Source: Antedon mediterranea (taxonomy: Eukaryota > Animalia > Echinodermata). Taken from it: DNA of 64,000 nucleotides. A program made the translations under genes and the position numbers. The stretch is taken from the NCBI RefSeq assembly GCF_964355755.1, contig NC_092671.1, positions 17,794,001 to 17,858,000 on the forward strand, read 5' to 3'. Shown here in pieces: positions 28,601 to 41,400 of the stretch; the first letter of the stretch is position 1, and every line of letters starts with the position of its first letter. The notes under the pieces were generated by a model, which did no database searches, was not told the DNA's origin, and saw nothing but the letters and a program-made list of their open reading frames with translations.

Positions 28601-31600
28601 TACAGATTCCAACTCGACTAATCAAATCGTTGCTGGGTTAGTTATCTTCTAGGTTAAGCGTGGTTCCCACTAGCGACGCAACACAAGGACGTAACGCAAC
28701 GCAAGTGAATTGACCAATCACAAGCAATGGCTTATTCGCTTGTGATTGCTAACTGTCTATAACTTCGCTTGTCATTGGTTAAAACGCTTGCGTTGCGTTT
28801 ACGTCCTTGCGTTACGTTCTAGTGGGAACCAAGCTTTAGTTTAAAAAAGATCAGCCCTTTGGATAAGACGTGTAAAGGTTGCATGCACAGGCCTATATTT
28901 AAATATAGCCTACCTATGCAATACGATAACTGCCAGATTGGCAGTGCACATTGGGAACACGTGGTATATAAGCCCATTTATATTATCATGAAGTTAGGCC
29001 TCCCTGGTTAGATCGATGCCATAAAAATGCTCCTCTAGATTTTAAAATTATCAATTCTCTGTGAGCATGAGCGTTGAGAACTTGCTCGTTCCACTGAAAA
29101 CAAAGCATCACGTAAGGACCCGACACAACTCTCAGAATGTATTAAACAATATTAATTTCATTTTAGATGTCATTGATGTGTGCCAGTCATAATTACTAGG
29201 AATGTGTTCTTAACCCACTTAAACATCTGTCTATTAAAATCAATATCATGTTATAAACGAGGTTGAACATTGTTGGCTACCCGTACAAAATGGAATTTAA
29301 AATAATAGGTTATATTGCGCGCGCAAATCATGCTCTGTTATGTTAAACATTTAAAATAGCAATTGAATTTGTTTAATTATTTAATAATATAAAAATGATA
29401 TCACTCCTGGTTTATTGTTACGTGTTTGGTTCAGTTGCTATAAATGGACTCTAAACTGAATTTACTTGAGAATAAATACCTTAAATTACGATAGTACTGC
29501 TTTAAATAGTTAAACTGAACCTAACCTCACTTCCTATTTTTATTGCAAATTTATAAATTTTAAGGGAGTGGGGGGGGGGGGGTCCTCTTGGATCCGCCTA
29601 TGATGTGTACAGTATAGTTACAAATGGATGTCAACTTGCACACACCGGGAATGGAAATGTTGATTATACATATTCTTTGTGTTATGCGTAATGAATGAGT
29701 TGGAATTATTACGGTATCATTTAACTGCAACAAAATTGAGCAAGACATGAAGAGGGCTAACGGAGGATAATGAAGCCTTAGATGATGATCAACTATTGAA
29801 TCCCCCACCCCTTTAAAAAAAATAATTCCATGGGCCCGTGTAGCACAACTCACGATGGGCATCATGGAGAAATATCTCACTGAACACTGAAACAGAAGAG
29901 TCTAGGCCTACTAAGTGGTATAGTAGGAGATTAATAGATGATACAAAGTAATTCTATTTAAAGCATAGAAAAACAATCATTCTAGGCTTGGATTTAATTC
30001 CAGGTAAAAATATTATTCTCCTAATGTGACAAACGACACCCAGGACATTATCTATGACGTTAATTGAATGTACAGTTGTTAATATTATAATCTGGTATAC
30101 GATACGTATACACAAGTTAAATTTACAAAGCAAAAACATACCATGTCAAATAAACTTGCTTTTAGTGTCACTGGCAATAATGCGGAGCACTACATAGGCA
30201 CGATGCTTTTATTTCAGTCTGTTAGGTGTGTGTGAGAGAGGGGATGTTGTGAGAGGGAGAGAGGGGGAATGGAGGTCTGTAAGGTGTGTGTGTGAGAGAG
30301 GGGATGTTGTGAGAGGGAGAGAGGAGGAATGGAGGTCTGTAAGGTGTGTGTGAGATGTTGTGAGAGGGAGAGAGGGGGAATGGAGGTCTGTAAGGTGTGT
30401 GTGAGAGAGGGGATGTTGTGAGAGGGAGAGAGGAGGAATGGAGGTCTGTAAGGTGTGTGTGAGAGAGGGATGTTGTGAGAGGGAGAGAGGGGGAATGGAG
30501 GTCTGTAAGGTGTGTGTGAGAGAGGGGATGTTGTGAGAGGGAGAGAGGGGAAATGGAGGTCTGTAAGGTGTGTGTGAGAGAGGGGATGTTGTGAGAGGGA
30601 GAGAGGGGGAATGGAGGTCTGTAAGGTGTGTGTGAGAGAGGGGATGTTGTGAGAGGGAAAGAGGGGAAATGGAGGTCTGTAAGGTGTGTGTGAGAGAGGG
30701 GATGTTGTGAGAGGGAGAGAGGGGAAATGGAGGTCTGTAAGGTGTGTGTGAGAGAGGGGATGTTGTGAGAGGGAGAGTGGGGGAATGGAGGTCTGTAAGG
30801 TGTGTGTGAATGGAGGTCTGTAAGGTGTGTGTGAGAGAGGGGATGTTGTGAGAGGGAGAGAGGGAGAATGGAGGTCTTTAAGGTGTGTGTGTGAGAGAGG
30901 GGATGTTGTGAGAGGGAGAGAGGGGGAATGGAGGTCTTTTGGGTGTTACATTTCTCAACTGGGATGTATGGGAGTGCTGGATACCAGCAACGCACATATT
31001 TGATGTGGCAAAGAATGCAATGTAGTTTATCTGCACTTCAGCATATACTATTATCGATTACTGTTCATTTGACTTATTAATTGTTTTTTTAAAAATTAAC
31101 ATATTGTGAGAAAACAATAGCAATGTTTTGATGATACGGGTTCGAATCGTATGGTCTCACTGCAGGCTATAGTAGATATAAAATTACCAGAAAGCACTTT
31201 ACGAAGTGTCATAATAACTACGTTTGATCGACAGGTGTAATTAAAATATTAATCATAATTAAAATTGGTTAAATAAATAGACCCTCACTCGTCATAAATA
31301 AATTATTTACCAAAATATTATAGTTTAAAACATTCGTGTAATCGCAACCTCGTTATTCAAGTCACATAAGGCTACAGCAATGCATATACTTGTAGACAAT
31401 TATGTAAATTTATGCAAATTATATAAGCGTTCAAATTTAAAATAATCTACGTACCATCACTTTCCATAATTGTATATCAGCATTATTATAGTGAGTAATT
31501 AAACCTACAAACAGATGGTATCAAACAACAATACTGCTGTATTCAATTTCATTTGGAATAAAAACTTCGTATATTAAGTATATCATTGATATAACGATTC

Positions 31601-34600
31601 ACACTGTCAGCAACAATATGACCCCTAACCCTCACATCACCCTATCCAATCGCAAACTTCCCCTTTATTGAGAAGAATATAGGCATAGGCCTACTCGTTC
31701 CCGTCATATTCTTATCCTAATATCTATAATTTATTATGATACTCCGTTAAGAGGCATGCCTCCAATACTTAATGCAGAATAAGCCTACTGTTGTTTTATG
31801 TATATTTATAGACTGGTGCATCTTAATTCATTATAATTATAAAATATACAAATACATATTTTGTATGTGCTGGCAATGATAGTCGATCGCCTTAAGGCCT
31901 CATACACAATGTGTTTACCTGTAGGAAATCGCATGCTGTTTAAATGGATAGAGAGGCAGCCAGGGTATGCTAAACACGGTAATGTTTATATTACTAACTC
32001 TCAACACAGTTTCAATTACCAACTATTAATGTTTATTATACTCACAGACAGAAATTCATTACTTGAGTATCTGGCTGATAATGTTAATATTATCATTGTA
32101 AATATTATCATTATTCATATAATTAATATTGAATTATTAATGATAATAAATATACCACTATGTTATACTATGCATAGCGTTAAGGCCTATTAGCGTGTTC
32201 TTTAAATGTTGGGCCTAATGCTATGTTAGCTAATCGTTCCACATAATTATGATAGGCCTATAGCACATCGAGATTTTTGGCATGGTTTTATGCGTTTATA
32301 GTATGATTAGCATGGATAATAATAGTATACACCTGTTTATGATTCCGGACCCCTAAGCATACCAAAGAGAATCATGCTATTAATTTTATAGAATTAATTA
32401 GGCCTAAATCAATTTAAAAATGGATAGGAGTAATTGAAAAGAATATTAAAAGGTGAACATTCCATTTCAAACGTTTTACTGCGAGAATCTTGCTTCATGT
32501 GTCACCTATTAACATTGGAAAGAATAATAGACATAAAGCTACAGACAAACAACTTCTTACTACTATAGGCATATCTATGTTTTCATTTTAAGTAATTACT
32601 CTGTTACAAAAACGATACCCATGCATGGTAGCTCCATTGGCCTGACTATGATTAACATAAAGACTATATCATATATAACAACAGTATCTGTCTATAAATA
32701 GCTATGTAGTATTGATTACTGTTCATGATGGCAATTGGCAAACCTTTCAATGTTCTACACTTGCAGTTTTAAATTAAACTGGCTTTAAACACATAATGCT
32801 CTCGAATAATTAATATGTCGTGTCGTTACATTTATGATGTTGATAATAAATTATGAATTTTATACGGCGAATATTTAAATGTTAGCACATCTATCTATTC
32901 CTCTGTGTATTAGTTCAATCTAATATTCAATTAGAAACAATGTTAATATCATTATTATTATAATTTCTTATTACTCTTTATTTTATTTTCTTATTTTTTA
33001 CCAATTGCTTTCATATAGTATTAATCATAATTACATGGCATTTTATTTATTATTAATATTGTTGTTGTATATATATATAAATTGTTACTGAAATAAATAT
33101 TACAGTGATACCTATCAATCAAACGAGCGTTTAGACTGGAAACGACTGTCGTGACAGTTTCCTGACAAAGTATAGAAAAAAAAGCACACACACAATGTAG
33201 GTAATTCGAGCAAGCGTCAGGTTTGTTCACACACATTTCTTAATTAAAATAAGATAAGATCAAGATAATGAATAAGGATTAGGCAAATCTGTTTTTCACA
33301 CCGGATTATCATATTTTTAAAATTGTCCATAAGGCGACATGCAATTTTCAATTTATAACTATACCAGGAAACCATGTTTTAAAATTGATTTCAATGTAAT
33401 GACATTTAAATAGGCCGAAAGTTGATGACACTTCCGTTTGTTACTAGTGATATTTTAATGAAGGTAGACCACACGGAAAGATCAATCAGCTATGTTAATG
33501 TTATTGTAAATCATTAATGTATCTGTTGATTGTATCAATCAATCACTTAATCAATCGATAACTTGATCAAGCGATCACTTGATCAATCGATCACTTGATC
33601 AATTGATCACTTGATCAAACGATCACTTGATCAATCGATCACTTGATCAATCGATCTATTGATATATATGTCACTATATATCGATCACTTTGATCAATTT
33701 GTTAGTCATTCATTCACATCTTATATAATTGCTAAAACGTCTGGACATCGATGGTAACAAGCGGCTGGATCACAAAGTACACATCTCATATTAACATAGA
33801 AAACATTATCGATATCATGAATGTCAATGTGTTACTATGATTTGACTTGGAAGCTATTGAAATTATAATACAACGTGGCATACAATATACTTATCATTAA
33901 ATAGTGATAATAAAGTAAGCTATCAAGCAAAATGGGAAAGAAATAACAAAAGCTCTCTGAAAGTAAAAGTAGGCCTATGTTCTTTACGAATGATGTAATT
34001 ATAATTTTACATTATTCACGGTTATGACGTGTGGTTCCTTATGAACATATGTAAATATTCTAGGATTTAGGATAGGAAAAATAAATGACTGTGTATGGAA
34101 ATATAATTTCGTAAAGTTTCTACATGAATGCATTTAAATTAGTATTAGCCTAATTTCTCTCGGTTGAACTTGTATAAAGAATGTATACCTACCCACATGA
34201 ATTATTTCTGAAAATGAACGGCACAGCGTATGTAATAATCCAAATACCACTTTTTGAGCAATCTAAGTAGGGTTCCGACCATTCGCCGTCACTTCTTACG
34301 ACGTGTGGATACAATGTCATTCGATTTTCATTATACATGTGTTTCTCCTCGTATTTTTCTCCAATTCCTTCAAACTTTGGCCTATAAACACTATCTAATT
34401 CCATAAGATTCGAACTCGTGTTTGAAACATACTTACACGCTGTAACATCCGAAACTACACAAACTTGCAAAGTATTATTCTTTAGGCCTATATGTTCATT
34501 AATATCATTAGACTTATCGATATGTTCTACAGTGTTACCTAATACTACCTGATAGAATTTTGGCCAATCAGTTTGACCCCCGTTTTTATGCATTGAATTT

Positions 34601-34980
34601 ATAAGATTTGCCGTTTCTAACGCAGCATTTGTAGCAATTTCAAAAAGATCTTCTGCAAAAATGATAAGATTTGAAGTTTGTATTTTCGTCTCGTAATTCT
34701 CTGTCGAACAATCTATTGATAATAATTCCCGTACGAGGCCCGTATTGTCAGATAAAGTTGATCGTCCTGTACGAATAGCAGTATTTTTACGATTCGACTG
34801 AACAACATTCAACGATACATCCCATGGATTTCCTCTGCTAAAGAAAGTCTCCCGCTGAAAGCTAACATCTTTTTTATCGTTTTCTCCGGGCGGGCCATGG
34901 GCGGATGATGATTGATGAAACAAAACATGAACAAATAAAATCTCCAGGTATAGAAATATTTGAGCTACATTTAACGTCAT
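14548..34980 (-). CDS. GPR158/GPR179-like class C GPCR (about 778 aa; signal peptide, Cache-like domain, Cys-rich region, 7TM)
   Basis: Exons 34980-34193, 24715-24610, 22417-22187, 18585-18404, 18091-17853, 16668-16530, 16037-15932, 15536-15390, 14946-14548, all phase-consistent. Motifs WSEPYLDC, VDINLDGIDINQC, RWLREVGFAVTFGTLVLKVYR, PSEFNE, PDW...LPK, ELRRLYTQLEIYK...NNPH. Confidence 0.9.
16161..16387. mobile_element. MITE with imperfect TIRs of about 55 bp
   Basis: agccgatacacgatcggtatcacgtctagcgacg at the left end pairs with cgtcgctagacatgataccgtatgagaatcggct at the right end. Confidence 0.55.
17100..17290 (-). mobile_element. tRNA-derived SINE
   Basis: The minus strand begins ggagctgtagc and contains a B-box-like ggttcgatcc. 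A homologous copy is split into 40474-40538 and 42607-42712. Confidence 0.6.
18320..18398. mobile_element. Short MITE of the family that seeded the 7-kb tandem array
   Basis: gctctgcctacactatca...tagtgtagacagagc; related copies at 7097-7130 and 51916-52040. Confidence 0.6.
20296..20418 (-). mobile_element. Short HINE/DINE-1-like (Helentron-associated) element with (GTCG/GTTG)n microsatellite
   Basis: The minus strand begins TTTTTAGTCGCGTGCAAACGCGACTC (a hairpin), continues with tetranucleotide repeats and then a second GCGACTAAA. Confidence 0.5.
22476..23040 (+). repeat. (CAT/CGT)n trinucleotide tract followed by (CAAT)n
   Basis: Directly visible in the sequence; lies in intron 2 of the GPCR. 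Confidence 0.95.
24103..24605 (+). repeat. Degenerate (CAT/CGT/CGC)n tract with an internal 63-bp higher-order unit
   Basis: catcgtcttcaccatcgtcgtaatcg recurs about every 63 bp; the tract abuts the donor of GPCR exon 2. Confidence 0.9.
28657..28835. mobile_element. PIF/Harbinger (Tourist-like) MITE
   Basis: TIR AGC(G/T)TGGTTCCCACTAG with TTA TSD. Family copies at 20824-20945, 28309-28437 (TAA TSD) and 56612-56739 (TAA TSD). Confidence 0.8.
30224..30937 (+). repeat. 58-bp G/A-rich minisatellite (about 12 copies)
   Basis: Unit ggaggtctgtaaggtgtgtgtgagagaggggatgttgtgagagggagagagggggaat, for example starting at 30555, 30613 and 30671. Confidence 0.95.
33545..33700. repeat. 16-bp tandem repeat GATCACTTGATCAATC
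   Basis: About 6-7 near-identical units, each containing the TTGATCAA palindrome. Confidence 0.85.
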
Positions 34981-36144
34981 GTTGATATATTTTACAATCG
35001 ATGAGACTTGATATGAAAATACCGCAACGCGCGGGTCGCGTGGAGAGCACTCGATTCAATGTCAGCAGTCAGTTGGCTGCAATCTCACACACACACACAC
35101 ACACACTCGCTGCTACTGTTAGACGATAATGATATGTGGCTATGGTGTAGCTATATTCTGGAGGTCAAAGTTGCCAACGCAATAATATCTCATTTACGAT
35201 CGCAAGGGTTTAGACAAATGAGTGTCATCTAGGTATACGTATAGGCCAACGTTACGATGAAATCCCACGATGTCATTGGCAACCTACGCGTGTCTTTTAA
35301 TACGAGGAATTAGCGCTTCACGTTAATCACCAAGCTAGCGGATTAGAATAATATGTCATTAATATGGACGGTAATCTGCTAATTGTGTAAATAAATTAAT
35401 ATTTAGCCTAGATAAGTAGCTATTTTTAGAGAATAATATTCATTTTGTTATTAATAATATACCTAATGATGTTAAAGTAGACGACACGTAAAACATGTTC
35501 AATTTTGAATGCAATAATACAAATCTTCATAAAATATTTTAGGCTTAGAATTAAAATGTAATAATGAATAATGTATTGCTTCCTTTATTTTAATAAAGAT
35601 GCTAGAAATGTATGCCGGAGAGAACATCGCAAATGTTGCTTACTGACTTTATGATAATGAGAATGGTGGCCAAACTGACAGTGCATGGAGTATTGGTAAT
35701 CGATACAAAACATATATAATTGCAATTATTAAAGTAAACACATTAACGCTGTTGTCATAATTGGCGTTAAATTTAAAGTGAAGTTATGGTATTTCTATAG
35801 TGGCACAATTGAATACACCACACTTTCAAGAGATCTTGAATTTAATTAGGGCCTATAATGTAATAACAATTAACAAGCTGAAGTAAAGGTACCTTCCAAG
35901 CAAGATGGGCCAAACATTTAAAAAAAATCTGCTTACGTCATTGTAGCAAAGAAGAAACTACAATACGTTGATATAGTGGTTCAGTTTATTTCATAAACAA
36001 AATAATTACAGTGCACATATACCGTATCGTAGTTCTTTATAGTAATCGTAATTCGCAGTCCCGGAGATGTTATCTCCTCATTAGAGACCACAGTTTTGGT
36101 AGACCCAAGTGAACAGTTTTATTCAATAAAGACCACTTTATTAA

Positions 36145-36456
36145 AGATGTATTGTTCCCCAGAAACATGAAAAATGAAGATAAATTAAATCAGACTTTGA
36201 ATAGGTTATTTTGTAGTTTTAATAAAGTTAATCACTTTCGTATAGAAAAAAACCCCAAAAATAGTGTTTTCACTTATAAAATAACATAATAAATAATTAA
36301 ATTCGACCACTTTTTGCTTAAAATTACATTTTTTTAGGTAAATAAATTGTTTTTAGGTCCAATTTTTTTGTAAGAATGGATAACTAATAAGTGACATTAA
36401 TAAAATGCCATATTAAAAAAAAAAGTAAAACTTATTTTTCAGGTGGACAATACATC
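36145..36456. mobile_element. Kolobok-like family A copy
   Basis: ttaa|AGATGTATTGTTCCCC...GGACAATACATC; the interior is similar to 3369-3634. Confidence 0.7.
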
Positions 36457-37313
36457 AAATTAATGCATTTTTAGTGTATAACATTCATTAGAATACTAAG
36501 ACCACTAAAACATGGGTGCTCCTTAATTGGAGGGAGACCTTGGAGGTGCAGGTGAAGCGTCAGTGCAAAATGTACAAAAAGTTACAGTAATACTTTTTGT
36601 ACTGTATTAGGAATTAGCTCGCGTGTTGCACGAACGTTACACACGTGTCGTCGTCGCACAAACGTTACACGCGGGTCAAAGGATATTGATTATCGTGTAA
36701 GTTTGTTTGTTCAACCCTAATGACCAATGGGACAACAGAACTCGATACTCAAGACATAATAAACCACCAATCACGATGACTGTAGCTGTTGATTACATTA
36801 TTATTTGTTAAAGGTACAATTGTCATTTTTAAATGGAATAAAATACAGTAAATGGCAATAAAAAGTAGGCATATACAATCCTTTATATAACGTAATTATG
36901 AAAATCTCATCAGTTACATGCTAACTGTGAAAGCTCATTGTTTGATCAATAATAAACATCATTTCGTCCTTACATAATATCTTTATTAGGCTATACCTCT
37001 TCCCAAACTTCTTCTCATTCTCGTTACAGTGGCGTATCCAGGATATTAAAATAAATAGTTGGACGCGGGCCACAGAATTGTAAACAAATAAGTGCTGAAC
37101 TTAATGTCCTATCATTTGCATTGTAATTTTTTTTCGTGGCATTGGCCTATGCGTTATGTTCTGTGATATTGACGATGATGTAGGCCTATAGGCGCGTTCA
37201 AAGTGGGAAGACAGCCGCCCCACTAATTCCAACTATTTCAAAATCTTGAATCCGCCACTAGATGTTGCTCATGCTGGATGATGGGGTATGATGACACTAT
37301 TTGTAAGATGATA

Positions 37314-37831
37314 CCGTATTTATTCGAATAAACGGCCCGCTTTGAACCCTCTCCCCAGGGAGACTAAACTAAACGGGGCATCTATTATTTATTTATTCAA
37401 CACCCCTCCCCCCCCCCACACACAATATTGTTTTATAATACTTGTCTGCCATGATAAAGTATTTGATACAATTTTACTGTATTTTATCACTTGTTGATAT
37501 TGATTGTGATTTTTTATATCTAGGGGTCATTCATTTGATGTTACCAAATACTGTAACACATACAGTTATTTCTCTTTAATAGTGAAGGCCTAGTGGTGTA
37601 GTATACATTAATGGTGGTCTCCGCTTAAATACGATTTTCAGACTTATTTTGACTACCATCCACATGTATAAAGTTTGAATATTGATTGAATAATAGAGAA
37701 TGTATTTAATGTGGAAAAAAAACAATGTAATGAACTTACTAAAACAAAAACACTTGTTATTTTATTATTTGAATAAATTATCAAATAAAAAACACCTAAA
37801 ACGCTCCGGGCGTTTATTCTGATAAATACGT
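37314..37831. mobile_element. Tc1/mariner-pogo-like MITE
   Basis: ta|ccgtatttattcgaataaacg...cgtttattctgataaatacg(t)|ta; a related element spans about 59512-61370. Confidence 0.55.
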
Positions 37832-38434
37832 TAATTTATATTACTGTATTTTAAATTCTACATCGCCAACATGTCTCGTTGGCATTCATTTACCCAATTC
37901 CATGTCATCATACATGAACACCGTAACATGTATAACGAAAACAAATTAGTTTAATTGAAATGTTATCCATTTAGTTAACGAATGCATATTAAACATTACA
38001 AATAGAAAAGAAAAAACTGAACACAACACATACAACCAGTTAAGTCGGATGCGTTAATTATTTCATAAAATAATATCTACTACATCAGGGTAAACATTAA
38101 CATTAAACATTTTTTTATATTTAAAAATGGATTGATTACAATGAATCGGAATTTAAAAATATTTACAATATTTTACATTCAAAATTAACACATTATACAA
38201 TTCCCAATCATCGTTTTAACTGCATAAATTCAATACAAGAAATGTCTATACAAATAATAGTTATTAACACTTCGCATTAATTCTTTTAATGTTCTTTAAT
38301 GTACAAATTGTTTAATTAATACATTCCTAGATTGATGCACTTTATATCTATTGTTTCTATTATGTAATTTTAATTTGTAATTAAGTTTATTAATAACAAT
38401 TTTAAATAAGTTATCAACAAATAATTAGGTCAAA

Positions 38435-41400
38435 CTAATACTTGGTTTTTGATGGTAGACCTGCTTTTAAAATAGATGAAAGGAGAACCTTATCTTGCAA
38501 AGCAAACTCAACTTCTTTCTCTGCCAATTTCAGACAGATCTGTAAAGTAACAATGGTCACAAAACGTTATATTAAAACAACCATAGTTTCGTATTATTGT
38601 AAAGTGCAATTGAGTGCCAGAGCAGATCTATGGACATAGTAGGCCTACAAATGTCCTCACACAAATATTATAAGGGGTGGATCTAGCCTACTTGAAATGG
38701 AGGGGGTTGCAATCTGTGCCAAACAATTGAATATAGAACGCTTTTCATTGGATAACAAAAGACTTCCCATGGACTATGCAGTGTACAATTATCGCCTGCA
38801 ATAATTGATTTCACCCGCAGAGAGCAAATGATGTAAACTTAGCCTAGGTCGTCTTAGGCCATTTTTCGTAGACAAACCATGACCTTTTGGATCTGACAAG
38901 CAATGAAGCATGATGGGAGGTCAAATTGCTGTCCAGAATATAAATAGCTGTTACACAGTAAATATACCATTTTAGCTATATAAATTTAATCATGCTCTGT
39001 GGGAATTTTAGTTAAAACTAAATTCCTACCTTCGTTAGCCTTGTCTCTTTAGCTTTCTTAAGACCAATCACGCCTCTTGTTTCAATGAGATGACAAAGAG
39101 ACAAGAACTCTGATTGGTCAACAGGTGGTACCTGCCTGCTATTGCACACTTTGGTGTAGGTTTCATGTAACTAAAACAAAACCGAAACGGTATTTAGATT
39201 CCATGTTTTTAAAAACAAAAATAAATAAATTAAAATATCATTCAGTAATAAAATTTATAAAAAAATTTTATATGAAAGTTACCTTTCCTAACGTAACATC
39301 CTTCATTTTACTGTGTTTTACCAGCAACAGTAAAGTACAAACAGCTAGCTTTTGTTGCAGAGGAAAAGCATTTGGCTGAGCTGAGTTACGAGATAAGCAA
39401 GAGTCATACGCATCAGAGATAACGTTGGAGATGTGTAAAAGGCCAACTTTCTTGGTGCCTGATGAAGAGGTAGAAGGCTTGCTAGGAGATGAACTGGTTG
39501 TCATTGGTGTTAGTAATGTTTGTGATCTAACATCAGCTGACACTATGTCCACTGCCCTCCTAAAAAAGAAAAAAAATTGTACTGAATTTCCTTCATTTAC
39601 AAAATTAAATACAACATAGTATAAAGTAGAATAATAATAAGATTTATACAGCGCACATACCCACAAAAGTGCTCATGGCGCTTAGTGGGGTTGAACCCCT
39701 CCTTTGGGACACCACTATTTTATGGGAAACTTAACTGGGAAATGAACTAGGGGAAATAGATGTTATAACACTAATGCAAAACCTATTCAGGGGGTACCTC
39801 TATTAAGGCGACACTTTATTGAGTCTTGAAGTTATTTCCTATGGTTCTACTATATATAATTTGTTGCGACTGTCTAAAACTTTAGATGACTTGAATGCAT
39901 AAACTAAAATAGTTAAGTAAAAAAAAAGTTAAGAAAAAGTTTTTTTATATTACTTACCTACAAACATCCAATGCTTTCCTAATATCACCAGCAATGGACG
40001 AAACTTTTCGAGCACAGAATTGAATTGCAGCGCCCTCAAATACAGCTTCGTCTGTTTCAGTCTGAAATTTAAAAAAGCAAAAAGTATTAATGATGTGAAA
40101 TTATTATTAAAAATACTGTATTATTATCAATCCAATTGGTTTGATTTTTTCCACGCACATGCATATTTTGTTTAATTATTATTAAACAATTAAATTAAAA
40201 TGACATAAATTTAATAACAAGTAGCAGCAACTTACCCCTTTAAGTCTGTCAGATAAAATTGTAACAATTTGGTCCTTGCTGTAAGGTGCAAAGTTGAGCA
40301 CATCTGGTCTGCAGTTTATACGTGATTGAAGTCTTGGCAAAATACGGTCTGTCAAATCTAGAGCGTTTGCAATTCCTAAGGAAAATGAAAAATTAAATTT
40401 TTAATCATTTGTACTGTAAATAGAAATAAAATATATACAATTCCTTAAAAAAAATGTATTTGTTTTATTTCATATGCATCCAACAGCCAATTACAGGATG
40501 GATAAACTATTTTATAATTTATTGTGCTTATAAACTATGGGTATGTTCAGACCTACAGAGTTATGCTTTCGTATCACAGCCAAGGTCATATTTTAATGAG
40601 CGTCGTAAGAGCAAAGTGTTCAGATTCATTGCAACGAAGTTGCGTTACAAACGGATATGATGTCACTCGCTGGCGATTAACCAAACTCTAATGCACGCAT
40701 AGACCTACCTTCGTGCAGTGGCGGATCTAGGATCTGACGAGGGGGGGGTGGCCACGAAAGTGGCAAACGAGGTGCGTAGCACCGAGCGGGGGAGGGTCTG
40801 GGAGGCTCCGAAAATTTTTGAAAAAATAGATGCTTACACACTGTTTAATAGGCTAGAGAAACTGTTTCCATCACACTTAATAACAAATATTACATAATGT
40901 AAATTTAAATACATCCTTCCTAAATACTGTACGGATCTTTTTCGACGAACTAATAATAAACTTTGATCGAAAAACCTTCAAACAAAATGAACATTTGGTA
41001 ATGCGGTACTCCGAAAATGCCTCGATAGGGTGCATGTGTTGTGTACCGTGTTTTGGTGGTCTGTTAACCTCAGAGATATATACCCTACAGCCGGGTGAAT
41101 AACTCAATGTAATTTGGTATACAATGATCGCAGTAATCGCCGTGTCTATAACACAAATCAAAAAACGCCAAATCGGCCGTCCCGTGTACATACAAGACAT
41201 TTCATGTTTATTTTATGCCTATAAAATAATAAAAGAACACCATGTTTCTCGTTTATACTGCATACCATAATATTATACAAAAAACTTTCATGCGCGAGAA
41301 AAAAGTTCCCGATATTACACTCCACTCCACTCAGGGGTGTAAATATACCACGCTAACGCTTGTGCACACACGGACCAGGGCGGCGGAAATTAACTGCAAT

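Noticed and set aside
30222-30995. 257-aa Pro/Ser/His-rich ORF
   Set aside because: Translation of the 58-bp minisatellite.
34874-35059. uORF overlapping the GPCR start
   Set aside because: It begins at TTG rather than ATG and has no other support.
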